Assembly (NCBI GenBank): GCA_937995995.1
Contig: CALKIP010000027.1
Location: 1-51,620 of the forward strand
DNA from: an uncultured bacterium
Lineage (GTDB): Bacteria; Gemmatimonadota; Gemmatimonadetes; Longimicrobiales; RSA9
Reading direction: 5' to 3'
DNA: 51,620 bases
Both the position numbers and the translations under genes were made by a program. Shown in pieces: positions 36,647 to 44,315 of this stretch. The notes under the pieces are model-generated. The model had not been told where the DNA came from, searched no databases, and worked only from the letters and a program-made list of their open reading frames with translations. Within the stretch, counting starts at the first letter, position 1. Each line of letters starts with the position of its first letter.

Positions 36647-37018
36647 TCAGTCCTTCTTCCGCCCTTCCTGCCCCACGAAGACGTTCAGGACCGTACTCAC
36701 CAGTCCGATCACGATCCCGCCCAGGAGCGCCGCCCAGAAACCGCTCACGGTGAAATCAATCCCGAGCGCGCCGGCCAGTGCGCCCGTCAGCCACAACATG
36801 AGCGCGTTCAGGACGAAGAGGAAGAGGCCGAGAGTCAACAGGACCAGCGGACAGGTCAGCACCACCAGGATCGGACGCACGACGGCGTTCACGATGCCGA
36901 AGACGAGTGCCACGCCAAGTAGCCCGCCGATGCCGCCCTGGTATTCGATCCCCGGCACCAGCGCCACGGCCACCCAGAGCGCCACGGCCGTGACCAGCAG
37001 TCGGATGATGAAGCCCAT
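36647..37018 (-). CDS. DUF360 / phage-holin-4-2 family small membrane protein
   Basis: Only the last 123 aa (MGFIIRLLVTAVALWVAVALVPGIEY...) of the 591-aa ORF 36647..38422 look real. Four TM helices; the rest is antisense to hmuY. Confidence 0.8.
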   Translation of the reverse strand: MGFIIRLLVTAVALWVAVALVPGIEYQGGIGGLLGVALVFGIVNAVVRPILVVLTCPLVLLTLGLFLFVLNALMLWLTGALAGALGIDFTVSGFWAALLGGIVIGLVSTVLNVFVGQEGRKKD

Positions 37019-37229
37019 GCCCCTCCTCACATTCTCGGTTAGGCGGATGATCGGATGCACATAGCCGGGTGAGCGTGGGCTCTCCCGTGCCGCAGATGCG
37101 AAGCCCCCGCGCCACGGTAGGCTCCAGCTTCCGCCAGCCAGATTGACGCCGCAACCCCCGATGCGCAAGCGTCTCCATCTACCCTCTTGACAACCCGGAC
37201 CCGCATGGCGTACCGTGACGCCATCGTGA

Positions 37230-37249
37230 TGAGAATGAGTTTCAATTTC
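37230..37249. promoter_or_regulatory. Candidate Fur box upstream of the hmuY-like operon
   Basis: GAGAATGAGTTTCAATTTC matches 13/19 of GATAATGATAATCATTATC, and TGAGAATGAGTTTCA fits the 7-1-7 core at 11/14. It is a local AT-rich island ~90 nt upstream of the hmuY-like start. Confidence 0.4.
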
Positions 37250-37336
37250 ATGTCGCTGTCGGCGTGGAATGCGAGAGGGGCGTGCCGGGCGGTGAGGAGC
37301 GAACCCTTGGGGTGTGTGGAGATCCGGAGGAGTCAG

Positions 37337-38383
37337 ATGCGAGTCGGGATATCGTTTCGATGTGCATGCGTCGTGACCGCGCTGATCGTGCTTACGGCGT
37401 GTGGGTCGGATGGCGACCCGGTGGGTCCAGATGTGCCGGACGTCGCCACGCTGACGGTCGATGCGTCGGAAGGCTGGGCATACGTGCGGTTGGGCGAGGA
37501 GGCGCAGCGGGTGACGGTGGGCGATCCGTCGCAGTCGGCGGACTGGGACCTCGCCTTCCACTCCACGTCGGTGATGCTGAACGGCGGCAACGCCGGGCCA
37601 GGCGGCGTGGTCGGTCACTGTCTGTGCCAGAACGCCGAGGCGAGTGATGCGGAGGTCGTGGCGATGACGGCGGCGTCGGAGCTGGACGCGTTCCTGGATG
37701 TGGGTGCCGCGGATGTCCCGACGTCGGAGGACGCGTGGATGTCGGATGCGCTGGTCCCGGTGATCGACGGCTGGTACGCGTACGATTTCGCGACGCACAC
37801 GGTCTCGGCAGCGCCCGAGGCGGTGTGGGTGGTGCGCACGGCGGAGGGCGACACGTACGCGAAGTTCCACGTGATCGGCATCGACGGCGCGACGCAAGCG
37901 AACGCTGGACGGATCACGATCGAGTATGCACTCCAGCCCGAGGCGGCCGCGTCGATGGGCGAGCCGGACACCGCGGTCGTGGATGTGAGTGGCGGCCCGG
38001 TCCATTTCGATCTGGTCATGGGCGACGAGAGCGATGGCACGGACTGGGACCTCCGCTTCGAGGGTTACACGATCCGAGTGAACGGCGGTGTCAGCGGAGG
38101 GGGTGAAGCGGGTGCGGTTGCGGCCGGTGATTCGTTCGAGGCGTTCGAGGACGCGAGCGAGATCCCGTCGACGCTCTATCGTGGCGACACGTACGGCGGC
38201 GTCTTCGATGCGCATCGGTGGTATCGCTACGACCTCGAGGGCAATCACCAGATCTGGCCCACCTACGACGTCTACCTGATCCGTCGCGGTGCCGCGGTCT
38301 ACAAGCTCCAGCTGGTGGGCTATTACGGCGAGACCGGCGACTCTCGCCAGATCACGTTCCGCTACGCCCGGGTCGAGGAGTAG
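37337..38383 (+). CDS. HmuY-like lipoprotein (putative haem/tetrapyrrole-binding)
   Basis: GGAGGAG RBS and lipobox LTACGSD. Two internal repeats carry the HmuY-like signature (ADWDLAFHSTSVMLNGGNAGPGG and TDWDLRFEGYTIRVNGGVSGGGE). Confidence 0.7.
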   Translation: MRVGISFRCACVVTALIVLTACGSDGDPVGPDVPDVATLTVDASEGWAYVRLGEEAQRVTVGDPSQSADWDLAFHSTSVMLNGGNAGPGGVVGHCLCQNAEASDAEVVAMTAASELDAFLDVGAADVPTSEDAWMSDALVPVIDGWYAYDFATHTVSAAPEAVWVVRTAEGDTYAKFHVIGIDGATQANAGRITIEYALQPEAAASMGEPDTAVVDVSGGPVHFDLVMGDESDGTDWDLRFEGYTIRVNGGVSGGGEAGAVAAGDSFEAFEDASEIPSTLYRGDTYGGVFDAHRWYRYDLEGNHQIWPTYDVYLIRRGAAVYKLQLVGYYGETGDSRQITFRYARVEE

Positions 38384-38430
38384 CGGTGAGCGCCGTGCGG
38401 CGCACTCCGACCAGAGCGCCACGGCGGGCC

Positions 38431-40833
38431 ATGGCGCGGTGGGGGGATCGGGCAGTTTCGGTGTCGCGGGTGCTCCTCGCCTGCTCCGTAACGGTCCCTC
38501 TCACGCTCGTCTCTCCGGTCGCCCCGGTCGGTGCGGCGCATACCGTGTCCGCGGAAGCACGGGCGGTGTCTTTGGCGGCGCAAGAGGTGTCGCAGGAAGT
38601 GCCGGCGTCACCCGATGCGCGGGCCGCCGCGCGGTATTTGTCGGTCGTCCGTGGGCTCGTCGTCGAGGCGGGGAGTGGCCTACCGGTCGAAGGTGCCGAG
38701 ATCGTGCTGATCCCGCTCGACGTTCGGGGCGCCTCCGGTGATGCAGGTGATGAAGGACCTGCGGCGCGCGTAACGGACCGGCGGAGGTCCGGCGCGACAC
38801 CCGGATCGAACGGCGCGGCAGCGACTTCGAAATCGGCCACGACGGACGGTGTCCTCCCCGTGCCCGGCAGCCTCGCGGCGCTGAGCGGCGGCGATGGCGG
38901 CTGGCGCGTGGACCGAGTCGCGGCGGGCCGCTACCGCCTCGTGGTGCGGCACATCGGCTACGCGGAGCATGCGCGTGTGGTCGACGTCGCAGCGGGCGAG
39001 GAAGCCGTGCTGCGCGTCGTGCTCACGCCGCGGCCGCTCTCGCTCGACGCCGTGGTGGTCACGGCGTCGCGTCGCCTCGAGCGGCTCAAGGACGTCCCGG
39101 TGGCGACGGAGCTGGTGAGCCGGAGAGAGATCCAGGAGAGCGGCGCGTCGGATCTCTCCGCAGTGCTGGTCGAGCGGACGGGGATCACGCTCCAGGGCGG
39201 ACACCCCGTCGGCGCCGGCGTGATGATCCAGGGCTTCGGCTCGGAGCGCGTGCTGGTGCTGGTGGATGGGCAGCCGTTCATCGGACGTCTCTCCGGGCAG
39301 CTCGACCTCTCGCGCATTCCCACCTCGATGATCGAGCGGATCGAGGTGGTGAAAGGGCCGCAGTCGACGCTCTACGGCTCGGAGGCGATGGGAGGCGTGG
39401 TGAACGTGATCACGCGCTCGCCGGAACGCGGCGTGTGGACCGGCGGCATCGAGCTGACCGGCGGCACGAACGGCCGTCTCGACCTGGGCGCGAACCTGCT
39501 CGGCGGTGTCGGGCCGGTGGCGTACACCGTGGATGCGGGGCGTCGCACGGTCGAGCTGGTTCCGGGCAATGCGACCGAGAGCGGAGCGCTGGCCGAGCGC
39601 TGGGACGGGATGGCGAAGGCGCAGTGGCAGGCGTCGTCGTCGCTGTCGCTCTCCGCGTCCGCGCTGGTGCTGGACGAGCGGCAGCGCTGGCGGAGCGGGC
39701 AGCTCTACTACTTCGCGGACAACCGGCAGTGGGGCGCGCGGCTGGGCGCGGCGTGGACGCGTGGCGCCCACCGGCTGGTGCCGATGCTCTACGCCACGGA
39801 GTTCGAGCACCTCTCCCGGCAGGCCACAGCGCCGGAGCCGGTGGTGGGCACGGGCGAGGAGGAGTACCAGCGCCTCCTCCAGGCGGAGCTCCTCTACGGC
39901 TTCGACGGCGAGCGCTGGACCGTGGACGCGGGGGTCGAGGCACGCCGTGAGGCGATCACCTCCGAGCGGGTAGTGGGTGGCGACCGCGTGCTGCGCACCG
40001 TCGAGCCGTTCGTGCAGGCGACGCTAACGGGCGAGCGCTGGAGCGTGGTGCCGGGTGTGCGGCTCTCGTGGAGCGAGCAGTGGGGCACGCATTGGACGCC
40101 GCGGCTCGCCGCTCTCTTCCGCCCCCTGCCGAGACTCGCGCTGCGCGCCTCCGTGGGGCTCGGCTACCGCGCGCCCGGCTTCAAGGAGCTCTACATGGAG
40201 TTCCTGAACACCGGCCCCGGCTTCGGCTACCGGGTGCGGGGCAACCCGGAACTCGGCCCCGAGACATCGCGCAACGCGATGGTCGGGGTGGAGTGGACCG
40301 GTGACCGGCTCTATCTCAAGGGCCAGCTCTTCCACAACCGCTTCGACGACTTCATCGAGACCCACATCGTGGGCGACTCGAGCGGGTTCGATCTCTACAG
40401 CTACGGCAACATCGACGACGGCACGAGCCGCGGCGTGGAGCTGGAGGCCGGCGTGGCGCACGGCGGTCTTCGCCTGGAGGGCGGCTACGCCTACCTGCGC
40501 GCCGAGCGTGCCGGAACCGGCGAGGCGCTGCTCGGTCGGCCCACGCACTCGCTGCGCGGCACGGCGTCGTACGCGCTGCTGGTGGGCTTTCGCGTTTCGC
40601 TGACCGGCGTGCATACCGGCACGACGCCGGTGCGGCGGACGGAGGACGCCGTGGTCGAGCGAAACGGCTTCGCACGCTTCGACGTGCGCGCCGCACAGGC
40701 GTTGCCGTTCGGCTTCGAATTGTCGGCGGGCGCGGACAACGTGCTCGACGTCCGACCCGAGGAGTGGCCCGGCTACATGGGCCGCCAGTTCTATGTGACG
40801 CTCCAATGGCGCGGTGAGCGCGACGCCCGCTGA
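38431..40833 (+). CDS. TonB-dependent outer-membrane receptor with carboxypeptidase-regulatory-like domain
   Basis: ORF 38218..40833; start at ATG 38431 (or GTG 38386, directly after the hmuY stop). Plug motif IEVVKGPQSTLYGSEAMGGVVNVITR, followed by a beta-barrel. Confidence 0.9.
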   Translation: MARWGDRAVSVSRVLLACSVTVPLTLVSPVAPVGAAHTVSAEARAVSLAAQEVSQEVPASPDARAAARYLSVVRGLVVEAGSGLPVEGAEIVLIPLDVRGASGDAGDEGPAARVTDRRRSGATPGSNGAAATSKSATTDGVLPVPGSLAALSGGDGGWRVDRVAAGRYRLVVRHIGYAEHARVVDVAAGEEAVLRVVLTPRPLSLDAVVVTASRRLERLKDVPVATELVSRREIQESGASDLSAVLVERTGITLQGGHPVGAGVMIQGFGSERVLVLVDGQPFIGRLSGQLDLSRIPTSMIERIEVVKGPQSTLYGSEAMGGVVNVITRSPERGVWTGGIELTGGTNGRLDLGANLLGGVGPVAYTVDAGRRTVELVPGNATESGALAERWDGMAKAQWQASSSLSLSASALVLDERQRWRSGQLYYFADNRQWGARLGAAWTRGAHRLVPMLYATEFEHLSRQATAPEPVVGTGEEEYQRLLQAELLYGFDGERWTVDAGVEARREAITSERVVGGDRVLRTVEPFVQATLTGERWSVVPGVRLSWSEQWGTHWTPRLAALFRPLPRLALRASVGLGYRAPGFKELYMEFLNTGPGFGYRVRGNPELGPETSRNAMVGVEWTGDRLYLKGQLFHNRFDDFIETHIVGDSSGFDLYSYGNIDDGTSRGVELEAGVAHGGLRLEGGYAYLRAERAGTGEALLGRPTHSLRGTASYALLVGFRVSLTGVHTGTTPVRRTEDAVVERNGFARFDVRAAQALPFGFELSAGADNVLDVRPEEWPGYMGRQFYVTLQWRGERDAR

Positions 40834-40886
40834 GCGGCGCGCGTGACGACGCCTTCGACGAACCACGAACAGGAGAAAAGAGCACG

Positions 40887-41918
40887 ATGGAGAACAGCCC
40901 CTGCCCCGCCGCCGGTTCCGGCTGCCGGACCGCATTCGCGACGCCGCCGCGCCGCGCGATCCGAGCTGTTCGCCGCCTCGGAAGCCGGCTGGCGCTCGCC
41001 CTGACGCTCGCAGCCGTTCCCGTGGCGACGGGATACGCCCAGGAGACGAAGGCGGCCGGCGTGGTCGGCACCGTCGTGATCGCGCACGGCGGCGGACCGG
41101 AGTGGAACGCCGGCGTCGAGGAGGTCGTCTCGCAGGTGCGGACGGGCGGCCCGGTCGAGGTCAGCTTCCTGATGGGCCCCGGAGCCGCGACGCACCGCTT
41201 CCAGGATGCGGTGCAGCGGCTCGTCGACGCGGGCGCGACGGAGATCGTCGTCGTGCCGGTGCTGGTCTCGAGCCACAGCGGCCACTACGACCAGCTCTAC
41301 TATCTGACCGGCGAGAGAGACGAGATCTCGGAGGTCATGCTGCACCACCTGCACATGTCGGGGATCGAGCGTTCGGACGTGGAGGTGCCGATCCGGCTCG
41401 CGAAGGCGATGGACGACTCGCCCGAGGTGGCCCGCGTCCTGGCCGAGCGTGCGCTCGCCCTGGCCGATGCTCCTGAGGAGCAGGCGCTCTTCCTGATCGG
41501 ACACGGGCCGAACTCCGCCGAGGACTACGCCGAGTGGATGGCCAACCTCCGGCCGCTGGCCGACAGCGTGCGGGCGTGGACCGGATTCCGCGATGTCCGC
41601 GTCGGGCTGGTCCGCGACGATGCGCCCGATGCGGTGCGCGCGGAGGCGGTGCGGCGCGTGCGCGAACTGATCACGCTGCAGCACGAGGTGACCGGCCGCG
41701 ACGTCGTCGTGGTCCCGATCCTCGTCTCACGCGGTAGCGTCAGCAACGAGAAGTTTCCGCGCGACCTCGCCGGGCTGCCGATCGTCTACACCGGCGACGC
41801 CCTGCTACCGCACCCGGGGTTGGCGCGCTGGATCGAGGCACGGGTGGAGCAGATGGTGCCGAGAGTGGCAAGGACGGCGTCCGGGGCCGGCGGGATGGGG
41901 CCGGCACACTCGCATTGA
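40887..41918 (+). CDS. Secreted two-domain CbiX/SirB-like (class II chelatase fold) protein
   Basis: Signal peptide ...LALALTLAAVPVATGYAQE. Two CbiX-like halves (VVIAHGGGPEWN...IVVVPVLVSSHSGHY and LFLIGHGPNSAEDY...VVVVPILVSRGS). AGGAG RBS. Confidence 0.65.
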   Translation: MENSPCPAAGSGCRTAFATPPRRAIRAVRRLGSRLALALTLAAVPVATGYAQETKAAGVVGTVVIAHGGGPEWNAGVEEVVSQVRTGGPVEVSFLMGPGAATHRFQDAVQRLVDAGATEIVVVPVLVSSHSGHYDQLYYLTGERDEISEVMLHHLHMSGIERSDVEVPIRLAKAMDDSPEVARVLAERALALADAPEEQALFLIGHGPNSAEDYAEWMANLRPLADSVRAWTGFRDVRVGLVRDDAPDAVRAEAVRRVRELITLQHEVTGRDVVVVPILVSRGSVSNEKFPRDLAGLPIVYTGDALLPHPGLARWIEARVEQMVPRVARTASGAGGMGPAHSH

Positions 41919-41963
41919 GGCCGTTATCGCGGCCCGGCGCACTGGCGCCGGGCCCCGAATGCA

Positions 41964-42876
41964 TCACCCCTGGTGCTCGACCAGCGGCCCGCGCTCGACC
42001 CGCACGCGCTCCTTGCGCTCGCGCGCCTCGGCCAGCGCCTGCAGCTCGACCTCGAGCCGGGGCGCTACCTGCTGCTGTGCCGCGCTGACGGGCCCAGCGG
42101 AAGAAGAGCACGGTGAGGATGCCCATCAGGATGAACCCGCCCACCACCTTCATGATCAGCCCGGCCACCCGCTGGTCGTCGAGTGCGGCGAAGCCGTGCA
42201 CCGGCGGTGCCAGCTCGTAGCGGCTGTAGACCGGATGGCTGCTGTAGGTGAGATAGAGGAAGAGGGGCGTCATGCAGATCGCCTGCCCGGTCATGTAGAC
42301 GATCTTGAGCAGCTCGTGGAACATCGGCCGCTCCGGCACCGTCCCGATCACGGGCCACCAGAAGATGAGCCCGCCCGTGAGCCAGGCGGTGTCGATGACG
42401 AACGAACCCAGCTGCGTCGCCATCAGGGTATCGGACACGGCCGGGACGTGGGTGGTGCCGACAATGATGTTGAAGACGACGATCGCCGCGAGCGGGTGCG
42501 TCACGAAACGCACCGTCTTCGCGACGACCGAGTCACCGCGCAGCGCGCCGAGCGCCTCCGGCGGCGTTCCCCACAGCAGGAGTGGCGGCGCGATGAGCGC
42601 GATCAGGAGGAACTGGATCGAATGTGCGCTGGCCAGGTATCCGGCACCGAGCACGCCGATCGGCCAGTCGAGGGCGAGCCAGAGGCTGACGAGCCCCGCC
42701 ATGAAGGTGGCGACACGGCCGCCACTCACGGGCGCACCACCGGCAGCCGCGGCCCTGCGCAGCAGGCGCCGGTAGCCGAAGGCGAGCAGCAGGATGAAGA
42801 GCCACACACCCGGGAAGGGCTGCCAGCTCCATTCCCACGGCACGTCCTGCGCCGCGCACCACCACTGCATCTCCAT
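41964..42876 (-). pseudogene. ctaG: Cytochrome c oxidase assembly factor CtaG (caa3-type), apparent 1-nt frameshift near 42069-42090 (or sequencing error)
   Basis: ORF 41740..42876 is CtaG-like with multiple TM helices up to ...LFFRWARQRG. Its tail then has ~45% GC3 and overlaps the cbiX-like gene. The adjacent frame reads AAQQQVAPRLEVELQALAEARERKERVRVERGPLVEHQG-stop with ~97% GC3 and ends at 41964. Confidence 0.7.
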
Positions 42877-42879
42877 GGC

Positions 42880-43917
42880 TCAGCCCCCTTCCCCGGCCTG
42901 TGCCGGGTCCTGCCCGACGAGCGACTCCAGCTCCGCGTACGGCCGCACCTCCGCCTCGATCCTCATCCGTCCGGCCCGGAGGAACTCGAGCTCGGCCTCC
43001 ACGATCTCGCCGACTTCGGGAGAGCGCTCCAGGTCGAGGAGCATGATGTGCAGCCCACCGGGGGCGAGGCGAACACGTCCATTCGCGCGAACCTCGACGC
43101 GGGAGATCTGCTGCATCCTCGCTATGCCGCCGCTGTGCGTCGTGCGGTGGATCTCGACGCGGCGGGCGACGGGTGACTTGACCGATATCAGCGCGTCGTC
43201 GACGGAGCCCTGATTCTCGATCGTGAAGTAGAGCGCGGTGCGGTCTCCGGTGATGGGCTCGGCGACGTAGGCCGTAGACACCTGGATCGCTCCGGCATCG
43301 GCGACCAGCCGCGGCAGGTCGTACGCCCAGTCCGCCTGGCGCGTGCCGAACGGGTAGATCACGCGTGCCACGTTGTCCGGCTGGAAGGCGATGATCTGCG
43401 AGGGGTGCCCGACCTCGTACTTGCCGCCGGTCGTGTCGATGACCGCAGTCGGCAGCTGCAGTGCGGTCATGATCGCGTCGACCTCCTCACGCGTGCCGCG
43501 CAGGCCGATGTAGCCGCGATTGAAGGCGTCGAGCCACTCGCGGATCCGCTGCGGCGTGTCCCGTTCCGGGTCGACGGTCACGAAGACGACCTTGATCCGG
43601 TTGCGCGTCTGGACGGGCAGACCGTCCAGCACCGCGGCCAGATTCGCCAGATGCACCGGACAGACATCCGGGCAGTTGGTGAATCCGAAGAAGAGGAGCG
43701 TCAGGTAGCCGTCCGTCTCGGCGCGGAAATGGAACGGCTCGCCCTCGGTGTCGTTTAGCGTGAAGTCGACCTTCTGCAGCGGTCGCGGGAGGACCATGCC
43801 GCGGTAGTCGTCGCTCGAAGTCGAGGCGGCGCCCCACTCCGGTTCGCCCGCACCGCATGCCGAAAGGAGCAGGGCGGCGAGCACGACCAGGAGTGGCCGG
43901 CGTTCGTATCGCATCAT
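42880..43917 (-). CDS. Sco1/SenC - PCuAC fusion lipoprotein (copper chaperones for cytochrome oxidase)
   Basis: Lipobox LLSAC. Thioredoxin-fold Sco motif FGFTNCPDVCP. The C-terminal PCuAC-like part has HRTTHSGGIARM...GGLHIMLLDL. Its stop is 4 nt from the ctaG start. Confidence 0.88.
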   Translation of the reverse strand: MMRYERRPLLVVLAALLLSACGAGEPEWGAASTSSDDYRGMVLPRPLQKVDFTLNDTEGEPFHFRAETDGYLTLLFFGFTNCPDVCPVHLANLAAVLDGLPVQTRNRIKVVFVTVDPERDTPQRIREWLDAFNRGYIGLRGTREEVDAIMTALQLPTAVIDTTGGKYEVGHPSQIIAFQPDNVARVIYPFGTRQADWAYDLPRLVADAGAIQVSTAYVAEPITGDRTALYFTIENQGSVDDALISVKSPVARRVEIHRTTHSGGIARMQQISRVEVRANGRVRLAPGGLHIMLLDLERSPEVGEIVEAELEFLRAGRMRIEAEVRPYAELESLVGQDPAQAGEGG

Positions 43918-44315
43918 CGGGTGATCTATGCTCGGGCCACCCGGCGCCGCGACGGCGGCACGAGGGTGGCAAATCGTCCAAATGTACGTTCGTGCCGCAA
44001 GATAGCCGGCGTGTGGCGGGATTACAACTCGGCGCCCGCCGGATCGATCTACACCGACGAGCGGTGGAAGGAGCCCGCGGTCCGCGGCACGGACCTCGAT
44101 CGGTAAGTGGGATCGATCCGAGGCCCGATGGCACGCGTCGTCCGGGCATCAGAGCGCGCACCGCCGGGAAATGACTGCGCTTGCCGTCGTGGTTCGAATG
44201 CGAGCGCTGCCAGGGTTCGGCAGCGCGCGTCGCCTCGTGGCGTGCTACGTGCGACTCCACCGTCATCTGAATCGCCGTACTCGACGACCGTGCAAACGGG
44301 TGGCTGGAAGGAACC

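Noticed and set aside
37060-37125. Cobalamin-riboswitch-like core (CCGGGTGAG ... CCCGCGCCACGGTAGG) upstream of the HmuY/TBDR operon
   Set aside because: There is only partial resemblance to the GCCACUG core and no convincing B12 box downstream. It also lies upstream of the only promoter-like TTGACA (37187). It would need an Infernal scan to revive.
37019-38422. N-terminal 468 aa of the 591-aa minus ORF 36647..38422
   Set aside because: It is antisense to the HmuY-like gene. Only the C-terminal 123-aa four-TM protein starting at Met 37018 looks genuine.
44191-44199. GGTTCGAAT, a tRNA T-loop-like motif
   Set aside because: The flanking bases cannot form the 5-bp T-stem (CGTGG versus GCGAG), and no acceptor or anticodon arms are evident. 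No tRNA is called.
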